Origin: Antedon mediterranea
Taxonomy: Eukaryota > Animalia > Echinodermata
DNA length: 64,000 nucleotides
Direction of reading: 5' to 3'
NCBI RefSeq assembly: GCF_964355755.1
Contig: NC_092678.1
Coordinates: 25,747,365-25,811,364, forward strand
Part shown: one piece after another, positions 38,392 to 50,942 of the stretch
Position numbering within the stretch: the stretch's first letter is position 1
Layout of the letters: each line of letters opens with the position of its first letter
Position numbers and translations under genes: made by a program
The notes under the pieces: generated by a model
Told to the model about the DNA's origin: nothing
Seen by the model: only the letters and a program-made list of their open reading frames with translations
Databases searched by the model: none

Positions 38392-41161
38392 AATTACCAA
38401 AAAATTTAATAGTTTCTTGTTTGAAAGAATAACAACACGTGTATAAACAAATCGGATACCAGTTACTGGTGTTTCATTTTTATATAGCTTTATTTAAAAA
38501 ACAGACAATTATTTTTTCTGTTATGTTTCTTATTAGTGCAAACCATATGTTATGCTTTAGTGTATAATTCATTTCTGTTGTATCCTGTTAATATATGCCG
38601 TTTATTTTTACACCTTAATTTTATTGAAATTGCTTGATCACATTTTTTGGTAGCTTTCAATTCAAATAATATATCAAATTTAAATTTTCTATTTTGGCCT
38701 TGATTGAGGGAAATTTCCGACTTACCCTCGCTAGTTTAGGAAACCTATATTAAGAGTGTGCAATTAGGAACCACAACAAATATTTAAAAACAAAATAACG
38801 TTTTTCATGTTTTTAGATACTTTTTCAAAATACTGTTTGATCTAGTTTTTGTAAATTGATGTGCGAATGTAGAATTAGAAAAAAATATATAAACAGAAAA
38901 ATATATCGGGCTTACAAACAAAAACCGTCTTCCAGTTTTAATGAAGTGCTCTTAAGATTTAAGAGTTAAATTCATAAGCCTGTTACACCTGTGTTAAAAA
39001 ATATGCAAATTGAGTAAATTAACATTGTTACGGTTGAGTGCATTTTGTACTTTGTTTACCTTGTAGTTGTTACTTAATATAAATAAATTTGTCTAAATCT
39101 TGGTATAAATATATTTTAATTTTTTTCTGTTTATTAAAACTCAAAATCAACTTTAATCGTGAGAATAATTACGGTACTTACTAAAATAAATTAAAATCTT
39201 TCTAAATGTATGTGATGTTCTCGTATATTTTTCGACATCATAATTATTGTTATACTAAAATTGTTGAGATATACGGTAATTAACAAAGCAATTTTTTTAA
39301 AGCAGTATAACTAACAAATTATTAAAACTAGATTATTATAAGTAGGTCTTTGAAATGTGTAGGCTAGAAATTCTGCATTATGAATTCATGTATTAGCAAA
39401 CTATGTCTTGAAATAAAGCTAATTTTGCACTGAAAAATACTTTCTATTTGTTTGTTTGAAAATTATAAATACCTAAACATAGTAAAATAGATTTACTTTC
39501 CAGGTGCGTAAGTAATTTGCATAATTATCCATGGTGAACGTATTCGCTTCCGCTGACGTCATTCCTCTAGCGTGGACGACAAAGAAAGCAGAACGCGCGA
39601 CTGAATCGGTATTTTTGCAGTAAATATCGCAGTATCCCATATTGTTGTTGTCGGTAAATTGTTAGCTTAAATCTCATCAAAACGAATAAGCGAGACAGAG
39701 GTACACAGGGAGGTGACAATTTACCTCCCTCTGTTACATTTCTTGACCACTGTTTGTTGACCACCGTTTGTGAGACCGCTAAGCGGATTTTTTTTTGTGT
39801 CGCGGGTCGTTGTCGTCTACCATAAAACAGGTTAGCATAGAAATATATTATTTTGAGTAGTAATATTCATATAACATAACTGTATGCGTCTTGTATCCGT
39901 TAACCCCCCATTCCCCCTCCCCCTAAATAACCGTTGTACAAACATATTGCTCAGTTGTAACTACGGCATATTTCATGAACGTGTAGATAGTAAACAAGAC
40001 GAAAGTTACAGCCTGCCTGTGCTTTGACAACCATGTTAGGTCATTGACCTTGTGACGTCACGATCATCTTCAAATTCCTAGACCGTGAAATTAGTTACGT
40101 AACATTTGAAATAGGAGCCTTGTCTGATTGTGTGACGAGAGTGGCTATGCTAAAGGCTTCCATCATGATGTAATGAGTCCAGTATTGTAGACACTCATCT
40201 CTCATTTATCTTCTGAAAAAAATAATACTTCCGAAATTGATTGATAAATTCGTAAATATCCTGGGAAACTCTTGGAATTGTAGCACCCTGGGAAAATGCG
40301 CTATTTTCATGTCCTTTGTTTTATGTTATTTAGATATAACAATGTAATATATTTTATTCATGCACGTTACAATTGATATAATAATGTAATTAATATTTTT
40401 TAAAGCTGGCCGCAATGATATTCCATACATTCAATGGAGTAGGCCTAACTACTCTATGGGTATACACTACATGGGTATGCATACAATATTTTAAAATTAT
40501 CTTTAACTTGTTTTTCCATGATTTAAGCCTACCGCTTAAAGTGCTAACATGGAGTCATGGTGCTAACAATAACATGATTCGTATCACCACCACCAAATAT
40601 TTATTTCTTTTACTATTTATTTAATATAATAATAACTTATTTCTCTCCTGTGAATATATGGAAAATTAGTGTACAGCAATTAGTCCTAGTAATTTTACTT
40701 AAATAACCGCCTCAACCTAATACTCCAATTTGGTGCAATTGTTCCACTTCGCAGACTTTTAACCGTCCGTGTTCACACTTGGATTTTATTTAAAAAATTT
40801 AATTAAAAGTAAAACATAAGTTGCTTTTACTTTGAACGATTATCATTTCTAAATGTCTTTTAAAGAAAGTTTAGTGTAAACGCATTTCTATAGAAAGAAG
40901 TTTACCAATAGGATTAATCATTATCTACTTTTCGGATAAATGTTAGACCATGGGTGAATAATGGGGGTTAAGACGATTGTGTATTGATTAGACCACTGGA
41001 AGCCTGATCCAGTGATGCGTAACGGTTCGGACAATTCCCATTGTTTTACTGTAAGTTGACCACTTGCTGCTTTACCGGCTAAGATACGGACGGCATTGCA
41101 AGTTGATGTCTTGCGCCTGCTTATTTCATTATTTTATACCGTTTTAAAGGCTTATATTACG

Positions 41162-44100
41162 ATGCAGGATCAGGTATGTTTTTAATTCATGTTATAATTT
41201 ATGAATAAAATTGTATTATTAATTGTATAACATTTATTTATTTGCTGTGTAAATTGTCTTTCAGTTACTTTAAGTTTTGTTGAAATAATTGTTTGCCAAT
41301 GTGTAGGGGAGTGTAAAAGAGAACAATGTTTTTCAAAAACGATTTTTAGAATAGAATAATACCATTGACGTCATGAAATGTTACAATTCAATATTTATTT
41401 ACTATATAAGTATTTGATAACATTCAAGCGTGACTTCATGTGTTACCCTGAATTTAGCAGTGGCTGGACAGATCGTAAACGTTGTGCCTTAGGCAAACTT
41501 TGCCATTTCCGCTCTGTTGATGGATGTGCCTATTCGGTCTCATCTAGCTTTTCCAAAATAGGGAGTTTTCAGAAATGTCTTAATTTAGTAGCCCTTACAG
41601 TATGTATTTGAACATTAGTTGATGTGTGTTTACTGTTGTAAATAATGATAGTATTATTATTGTGATATTCGTTGAATAAGTTCAAGTTTATGAGTATATA
41701 ACTCCTTGTTTAGTGTCATAAAATTTATTTAAATCATTGTATTTTACAAACATGTTTTACATTAGTTTAGGTATATGTATCTTTTTCATTACTAGACACT
41801 ATCGGATAACATAACATTTATTTTAGTCATTTTATTTTACAAAAATGTTTCATATTAAGTATGTATATCTTTGTTTTACTAGACGCTATCGGATAACAGC
41901 GATAGACATAGAACATGTATCCAACGTGATTTTTACCAAGAAGTCGACCTGACTGGAACGCACGAACCAACTGACGCGTTTGTTCCTATGTCCAGTAGTA
42001 TAAATGTATCAGTGCGTGACGCATTAGTAACGCAACAATCACATACAAGTAAGTTTATTGAATAGTATTGTATATTCAGTGAGTACGTTGCGTTTCAAAC
42101 GACCACAATGCGTTTCACTTTATTTGATCATGGTGACATTGTCAAGATATGATTGACATAGTGTGCATCCACTAAATGATAATCCAACATAAGATTGACA
42201 TAGAGTGTGCGTCCACTAAACGATAATTGTCTTGGTGTTGTCTCCTGTGTATTGTTCACATAGTTTATGTAAAAAGACAAACCGGAAGATGACGTAACTA
42301 CAGCTGACAACACCATGTTAGTTTTATTTTGTTTAGCTACATTGTTGTATATTATTGTTATTCTGTGTAACTTTAATTTTCATCAGAAAATGGCGAAAGA
42401 ATGAACGAAAATTCGTCACACAGGTCAACTAGTAAAGGTGAATTCAGAATGAGAGGTCGATATTCAAAGGGATTTGCAGACGATAAAAATAAGCGTTCGC
42501 GTACAACTTTCAACACAGCTCAAATCAACGCGCTTGAAATCATTTTCGAAGAGCAGCAGTATCCAGACCAGTCGCTGAGGGAGAAGATTGCTGAGAGATT
42601 AGGAATGGAAGAACACAAAATTGTGGTATGTATATACTAAAATCCTACTCTCTTAAGCGTAATGGGTTAGGTTAGGGGCAGCTGGATCATTTGAGTTACA
42701 GCGATACATTCTGCCCAGCATCTTTATGTTGTATTGTATGTTATTGTACATAGATGCTGGTCGAATAAATAAACATTCATTTGCATCATGCAATTCAACA
42801 TGCAATTCAACATGCCAGGCACTGACGTGTGTAAAACAATTTAGTTCAACAATATTATTTTCTGAAACTAACACATTTATATTTATTTAGATTTGGTTCC
42901 AGAATCGTAGAGCAAAGTACAAACGTAACAATCGGACGGATTGTCACAATGGCAATGTGAACGGGGCTATAGAACGACGACAGCGGGGTGAATTTGCCGA
43001 GAGTTTTAAACGACGAGGTATGCACCATCTGAATCCAAACGGAATGTAAGTATATAATTTAAAATAATTCTTTTTGTCAATTTAGAGATTTTGTTGGCTT
43101 AGTTACTTAGGCCTGTAGCTTACAATGCATGTCTGTATTGTATTAAAACATTTTGATTGACGTTCTAACACTTATTAATTATACAGGTACAATAATGTTC
43201 AACAAAACACATTCCAAGATAACACAATACACAGCTCATACCACAATGGTATCGTAACGGGAAGCGTGGTATCTTCAACACAAAAGATTGACGGTAATAA
43301 TGACGCTGTACGGAAAGCCTATCGGCTAGATATGGATGGTTTTAATTCGTCACCAGATCAAGTATCCTCCTCGGTAGACGTAGAAGAAGTAACTTCGTGT
43401 TTAAAACCAGATAAACCTCTTGTTCAGGAACCACCTCCGAATCAGATTTGTACAAATGCAGGCAGTCAGGATGAGATGAGACAAGCTTTGAATCAATGGC
43501 GAGCAAGGCAAAACATGGCTTTTTCACAGCCACCAAACCACTCAGCAATATTCAATTCGTTCTCGTCAAATGTATCGAGTTCAGTGCCATGCAACGTACC
43601 ACCAACTAATAAAACAACACATCAGTCTCAATCGGACGATATTATTTACGATGATACGTACTTAAGTTCTTCATCGTCCTCTGAAGATGAGGACGAACGG
43701 TATCCAAGTAAACTAGGAAATACTCAATTTACACACAACAATTTCCAAACGGTGCAGAGGCAATTTCCTACTTCGATTTCTAAGGAATCCAGAACATTTA
43801 GTCACGTCCCACTATTAGATCCGTCCAACCAGTTGTACCTTGATATACCGTCAGTCTCTAGTGGCGACATTTCATCCCCAGCCCCTCATTCCACCACAAG
43901 TACAGCGTCGTGGCCTTCTTCAAGTGAACTATCTTCTATTGATCCATTGTCTCCGAGCCAAATCTCGTCAGCGAGTCAGCTAGAGCAAGAAATGCCGCGC
44001 TGTAATATTCCACCAACGTTTTCAGACACGTGTACTGCGCCAACAATGAACCATCCATATGCGTCACATTCGTACGTGAACGATTTACAACCGTTAGAAA

Positions 44101-44921
44101 AACAAAACAAACTTATACAGAATAATCTACGACGGGTAAAAAGAGTTCGACAAGACCAAAGACAAGAATATCTTAAGATGAGTCAACAAAATATCAACCA
44201 ATATCATCCTTATCCTCAAAACACGAATTTTAGACAAGTAAATAAGTCTAAGGAACGCATGTTCGCAGAAGACGTCTTCACTCCAGGTGATTTTAATTCG
44301 TATCCGAATTGCAGCAATGTTCGTGCGCCATTCGAGTCTACCCCACAATCGTTTCATATTGGAAACGAACCGTATCAACAACAACAATTTATACGACAAC
44401 ATGCCGATAATAGGCAACAGAATCTAGAAAGCAGTGAATATCACCAAATGAAAAGTCAAAATGGAACTACCAAAAACGGAGAAAGAGAAAATGCTAGGCA
44501 ACAACAATACGTAGATAGAAATGGAAATTTAAATGGAAGTAGATTCGGTGAGTTGTATTCGACTCCACCACGTGATTCACCTGATTATATGGTTAAGCAA
44601 AAATCAATAAATGGAAATAATTCTTCTAACTTTCCCAAACCACTTGATCAACAACAAAATGGTAATGGGTTCATACAACCAGACTGGATGCACGTTCATG
44701 TTCCAATTCCTCCCAGGCGTAAAAAACACCCACAACCAATGAGAGAAGAGACTGGAGCAACATCGGGCGTCGTACATCACTATGGTAACGACTTAAATGT
44801 ACCATCGGTTTCTGATTTGTCACATAGTTTGGACGCTGACCAATCAGCTACTCTGAATCATGTTTTGGAATCTGTCGTCAAAGATATATTTCCGTTCTCA
44901 GACAATTTTATATCAATCTGA
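41162..44921 (+). CDS. Divergent PRD-class (Q50 paired-like) homeobox protein, about 768 aa, with a long S/Q/N/P-rich C-terminus
   Basis: Exons 41162-41173 (MQDQ), 41883-42048, 42387-42625, 42891-43045 and 43187-44921 splice in frame. Homeodomain KRSRTTFNTAQINALEIIFEEQQYPDQSLREKIAERLGMEEHKIV|IWFQNRRAKYKR has a phase-0 intron between residues 46 and 47, the PRD-class hallmark. The first two exons are less certain. Confidence 0.9.
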
Positions 44922-45316
44922 TACGATAATTAGAATGTTTAATTGTTCTACTTAAAAAAAATAATTGTTTTGTTTCATTATTATGGATTATCCGCGTTTG
45001 GCAGTTGTTTTTAATGAATTGACTATTTAACTAATTCCCCATAACATTGCATTATAAATCAGAACAGTAGCTAGATTGTGACCTACTGAATATTCTGTTC
45101 ACCTAATTAACAAGCCAACTTAATTTTTTTAACAACTGTAAGTGTTTGAATGTACATGGCCGATATGATTTTTGTAAGACTTTCATGTTGTATTGTGTTA
45201 AATAAACAAGATTTTTTATTGCATTGTCTTTTCATATTGTAATTTTATTTTCGACGACTGCTGATTGATACAGTTGAATGAATGGATCAATTTACGAACA
45301 AACTCTCTTCCTTTAA

Positions 45317-45510
45317 AGCCTGTTTTCCTGTCGACGCTATCGTTAACAATAATCGGCGATCTTCTACGTAAACATTGAAATGTTAACAATATACAGAAAA
45401 AGGTACTCGCTATTGTCATCATTTCAACTTGATCGTTTTCAAACGATCGTCGTTGAACTGCTAACGATGAACGACGATAGCGTCGAATATCGTCGACAGG
45501 AAAACAGGCT
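45317..45510. mobile_element. MITE family C (about 194 bp), Harbinger-like
   Basis: Perfect 20-bp TIR agcctgttttcctgtcgacg ... cgtcgacaggaaaacaggct; flanks TAA / TTA. Confidence 0.82.
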
Positions 45511-45555
45511 TTATGAAGAACATGTTTTGTGTGACGATATAGAGGGCTCACTTTA

Positions 45556-45765
45556 GGGATTCCCCCTTACAAAAGTATGACGTCACATAAGCATTTTGCG
45601 AAAATCTGTTCCATTTCTGACGCGCGCCTCCATTCGTCGTCGTGTGGCATCAAAATACTGAAAAATTCATTTCGCGAAATTCTGATGGACGTTTTTAAAT
45701 TTAATTATTTCATTTATACATACAAGAATCACTTTGTATTTAAATTGCAATTACTATTATAAAAG
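45556..45765 (+). promoter_or_regulatory. Probable promoter and non-coding first exon of the exonuclease gene
   Basis: GGGATTCCCC at 45556, TGACGTCA at 45578, a CpG-rich patch, and donor aag|gtgagt at 45765/45766; acceptor(s) lie just upstream of ATG 46209. Confidence 0.55.
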
Positions 45766-46208
45766 GTGAGTAACCATACATAGTTAATTTGACTACCTGC
45801 CATACCGTAATAGGCCAATTCTAGAGGTAGATAATTAATTAATAAAATGAAGCCAAGCAAGCAACCCAGACCTTGGCTTGCTTATTAATTTGCCTAGCCT
45901 AGGGCCAGGCCGCCTAGCCTACCATATTACCTACTTTAAACCGGCCTGACTGGCTGGTTGGCCGGTGTAGCCTAGACAACCCAGTGATAGGGCCTAGGCT
46001 AGGCCGTAGCTTGCTAAGTGTATGATGGTGGATGTAGGCCTGTAGGAATGGTATAGCCTAGCTAGGCCCTAGCCTAGCTAGGCCTACCCTAGTACTAGTA
46101 AGACTTTTCAATTAAGGAAAATTTGCCAACTGCTTATTAAGTAATTATAGGCCTAAATCGTTTTGAATTTTTTTAATTTACAACAGGTTAACAGGTTTAC
46201 TTTTAACG

Positions 46209-48266
46209 ATGGCCGAGAGTCAAAACGAATCAAGAAATAAATATAAAGTCTACCGGCCAAATCGCATGAAAGACTTGACAGTAACTGGTAGAGAAGGCAC
46301 AATTATTAAAAACTCTATTGAATGGGCTATAATCGACATGGAAAATGATGGTTGGGCATTTTTTAATTCAATAACAGTAAACAAAACATGTAAATTTAAT
46401 GTTGATAACGTAAGCGAATGTTTCCCAATCGGAACAAAGGTACGATTTAATGCCAGAATGTGGCTGGAACCAGAAGGTAGCACTTACACGGATCAGGATG
46501 TTCGAAGTTGTCGTTGGATAGTAAACTCGGTACGAACAAGTCTATTTGTACCGATACCTGTTATGCACAATAGTGCATTTAACTTTGACAGCTACAATGT
46601 TCCCCCTGAAATTTTGCCATCCGATAAAATCGGAGAAGCAGTAATAGGACTTATGAAACGTTTAAAATCTATCAATGGATTACCAATAACACAACTTTTA
46701 AAGACTTACACTAGTGAATTTTCAAACATTCCGGTTAATATACGAACAGTTTTAAGTAACGCTGATAAATTACGAATTCTTGTGCGATGTCTACCTAGAT
46801 ATTTTATACTAACTGATCATGATACAGTGTTAGCTTATAATTGCCGGGAAAAAGACGATGTGGACCTTGAAATAGGAAAATTGATACCCGTTGGATGGAG
46901 GCCTAACGAACCAATTACAGTGAATGTTGGACAAAACACTCATATAATTGAACATCCTACTGACTGTGCTGCCGTAGTTGAAGAAATTCTTGCAGGACCA
47001 AAGCCGATAACGATAGCGTTAGATTGTGAAGGCGAGTCCTTAGGTAGGCGGATCATCTTTTAAAAATGTATTTTCTCAAAGTGTAGTAGTGCGTTCAGTA
47101 TGACAAATACTAATTTTTATATATATATAACTTTTTTATTTATTATTTAGGTAAGACAGGGAAACTAACACTGCTGCAGATGTCTACTTCCACTGGTCAG
47201 GCATATCTAGTTGATGTGCTTGCCGTTCCAAATCCTACTACATTTTTTGCTGAAGGAGGTTTGAAAAAACTGCTAGAAAATCCCAATGTAATCAAGGTAT
47301 CTTAAAGTTATATATCGTGTTGTTATATATTAAAAATTAAACTGCTTGTTTACTGTATTGAGTGAGTGCATAATCTTGCCTTTAGCCTATTCGCAATCCC
47401 TCTTATTATTTTTTTATATATACTATTAATTATTCATTATTAGTATTATTCATTATTATGATAAAGTATCATTTGATAAAATTTAGTTAACTGCTGAGTA
47501 TTGGTTATTAGCAAGACATTTGATTTATTGTCTTTTCAAAGGTCATCCATGATTGTCGTGCTGACAATGCTGCCCTCTTCCACCAGTTTGCCGTCACTTT
47601 GTCAAATGTTTTTGACACGGCTGTAAGTAATGATATATTGGAAATACAAGATGTCCTACTGATAGTAAACTTATAAACAGTAGTTTTATTGAGGGTTGTC
47701 AACATGAATATCTCACAATGATGGTGTATTTATTAGGCTTTAAACCATAACACTGTATCTGCATATTTATACTACTGTATAGCAATATTTCTTGTTATCA
47801 TTATAGGTGGCTTATACAGTAATTATGGAACAGTGTCAAGCAAATCGCTCAAATGGAGGTAGTCTCGAACATTTGTGCGACCTTTTTTCAAAACCGCTTG
47901 TTACGAAAACTAAACAAATGAAAAAGAAAATGGCGTATGTTAAAGGATTCTGGAGCCGACGACCTATGACCCCCGAGATGATAAAATATGCAGCAGTTGA
48001 TGCGCTGTCGTTAGTTCCACATGTGTATGACAACATGAAAAGGTATATTTGTGTAATTATGATTAAAAGCTATACTCCGCCACATAATCACAAAGTTTGT
48101 GTGTTAATTATATTTTGCTGTGGGTTCGTAGAGGGCCTAATCCGATTTTTCTCAGTCCGGTATAAACACCTTTACCTTTCTTTTCTTTCTTTGCAGGTTG
48201 ATACATACAAGTTGGCAATCGCGTTATGATACGCTGATTACCGAAAAACTCCTGAAGAGGAAATGA
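46209..48266 (+). CDS. Egalitarian/EXD1-like DEDDy 3'-5' exonuclease, about 455 aa
   Basis: Exons 46209-47043, 47151-47296, 47542-47622, 47807-48042 and 48197-48266 are in frame. Motifs IALDCEG (ExoI), LTLLQ, KVIHDCRAD (ExoII), NVFDT, FWSRRPMTPEMIKYAAVD (ExoIII) are typical of the Egl/EXD1 family. Confidence 0.88.
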
Positions 48267-48981
48267 ACATTCAACTTGGCCAGTTAAAATATTATTTTAA
48301 TTTTAATACCACGAATTTGGCTACTGTATTTTATTAACGCTAAATGAACAAATTTTAAAAACTAGACTTGTAATTTAACATTTGAATATTCAACCAAAGA
48401 TGTGCTTTTTATTTGTAAATTTAGCTTTTAAACAAATATTTTAAACTTGATAAAATACAAATGCTAAGGTTTTTTTTGTCTGTAGATATTTATTATATTA
48501 TAATATATAATTAGTGAATATTAATTTATGGTGTAAATTTGATTTATCGTTATAATAAATAATTTCTTTTATATTTGATTCATTTCTGCACTGTTTCAAA
48601 TACACCATTCCATTTAATTGATTATAATTTGATAAATTCATTTGATTACGAGTATTCCATGATACTAAAAGTAGTGTTAGGGGAGTCTATTGTGTATTTT
48701 ATAGGATTTAACAATCAATTTTACTGACAACAGTCAAATATAATAAAGCTATCTGCTTTTCATATGATTTTCTCTTTTTTTAAATGAATGCCATTTCATC
48801 AAAGCATATTTTTTACACAAAAAAAACTGCAATACAATTAACACACCATATTTAATTTTATTCAGACATTTATATCTTTATTTTCAATCCGTAAAATAAC
48901 ATAAGTTTTAAATTCCATTATTGCTATTGCTTCTCGAACATGATTGTTATTTTGATTGATGTAACGTCTCTGGAAGACCTT

Positions 48982-50152
48982 TTATTTGAAAATACTATAC
49001 AGTATTGGCAATGTCAAAGCAAATGCGCCATAGATAAATACAACGGTTGATAGTGCACTCATTTTAACCTCCCATTCCAGTTTCTGCTCGGCATTTGCTA
49101 CTAATTCCTCAAAGCCATCTCTTCCACCTATAGACACATTTTTTCTTAGTGCTAACAATTCTTTAGTTATTGCAGCTTCTTGGTTCATCAATAAAGATTT
49201 TATCTCTTCCCTTTGTTTCAAAAGATTCTGTTCTTGCTCTTTTCGGGTTCCTTTAATGTCCGATGATCCGTTGCTAATGTCAAACGAATCCACAACTGCT
49301 TTCATTGATGCAACGTCATCTTTTAACCGATTCAAACTTTTAGAAGTTTCAGAATCAATGTCGGTAATACCGGTTATTTTCTTTAGTTCGCGTCGCCATC
49401 GCCAATTCACAATACTAGTTCCAATGACGCCGATACACGTCCCTATAAGAGAAAACATTAAAGACCAGTATTTCACCCGATCTTCTTGCATCTGTTGTTT
49501 TTCTTTACTTTCACGAAATGCCGCAGAGAAGGCATCTAGAGCATCTCTTTCTTTAATGTCGACTTGATTCCACCAGTCTTTCACTTTTTTCTCAATTTGT
49601 AACAGTTGATGTTCTTCAGTGGCAATTTCCAGAAACCTAGGATCATCTCGTGGCGTTCTGTCCAACTTTCGACGTATATCTTTTAATTTGGCTTGTATTT
49701 CGTTTACTTCAATGTTAGCATTTTTGACATGACTCCTTGCTTCAATGTAATAATTTTCTGCCTGTAAATAAAAAAAACAATGAAACGGTTGATTAAATAA
49801 TTGTTAATCCATTCTCCCATCCAGTAATATTATGCTGAATATACTAATTAAATAATGTGTGGGCACAGAGGCCAGTTTACACTATACTATTATCTATGTC
49901 ACATCTTGCACACATACTTACCTCACTGACTTTTTCCTGAGATGCTTTGACTTCTCTGATTCCCATAAAATTTTCGTAAGCAGCAATAATTCGAGAAATG
50001 CGACCACCCGAGTCTAGGGCCTTTTCTAGTTGCACGACTGTAAATGATTTAGGCTTTGGTTTGACAGAGGTAAACATAAGTTTCTTCAAATCTAGTCTTC
50101 TCGACATTTTTGTTGTTGATGTGTCGATCGGTGGTCTGCTAAATAAATTCAT
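48982..50152 (-). CDS. CCDC51: Coiled-coil domain-containing protein 51 (mitochondrial potassium channel MITOK) homologue, about 336 aa
   Basis: Two exons, 50152-49922 and 49761-48982 (phase 0). Contains LDRTPRDDPRFLEIATEEH...FSAAFRESKEK...KYWSLMFSLIGTCIGVIGTSIVN and a C-terminal TM helix, as in CCDC51. Confidence 0.9.
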
Positions 50153-50645
50153 TCATTCCCAAACCAAAATATTGAGGGCGGTTTCTTTTACTAACGGACG
50201 TTTTTATTGGTTTAGCTGATCATTATCTTATTAAAACCACCAATCAGAAAACAGTACTCATACATGCTGAGTTATGAAGATAACATGGCTGCGCCCATTA
50301 TTAATGAAAATCCAGAATTATAGCCAAATACAGTTGATAAACGAACGGAAACAATAAAATAAGACATCGGTATTAAATCGAATAACTTCATGTTTTAGGT
50401 ATTATAACTATAATAACGATTTATGAAACGGAAATATGAATTACGTAATAATTATTATTATCAACGTATGGTCCCTGACCCTGCTGTGTTGTGTGTGGCG
50501 GCGCTGCAACAAAAACAAACATGAGTAAGAGAGAGCTAGGCCTAGCTTAATTTTTAGTGTATACTGTATGTTCCCAAATATAATTTTATATAATAGGCTT
50601 AGTCCTAGAGAGAAATAAAATGCAGTAATTATTACTATATTCCAG
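50153..50645. promoter_or_regulatory. Bidirectional promoter region of CCDC51 and the RCC1-repeat gene
   Basis: Divergent starts (50152 on - and 50943 on +); CCAAT boxes (attgg near 50206, ccaatcag near 50240); YY1-like aacatggctgc near 50282; probable non-coding exon donor cag|gtatgt at 50645/50646. Confidence 0.65.
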
Positions 50646-50942
50646 GTATGTTGTAAATCTGTGTTTACATTTTAATTCAGCTCTTGGAAATAATTAAATT
50701 TAAAAAGACAACAAACAAAGAAGTCAATTATCTATTGATAATTTGTGAGTGAGAGAGATGATGAAATGTGATTTTGTATTTTGTCTCTTTTCATATTGAT
50801 TTGTTGTGATTTTAGTGTATAGTGCATTGAGATGTAATGTGCTATATAATAATAAATTAAATAATTTAATTATTTTAATTGCTTAAAATGAATTTACTGA
50901 ATTTTAATTTGATTAAAGTACCCAGACTCTAAAACTGAAATC

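Noticed and set aside
43266-44921. Stand-alone 551-aa intronless gene
   Set aside because: It starts at a GTG and splices in frame to the homeobox exons as the last exon.
48267-48981. Overlapping antisense 3' UTRs of the exonuclease gene and CCDC51
   Set aside because: Candidate AATAAA signals on each strand allow non-overlapping ends; this cannot be decided without transcript data.
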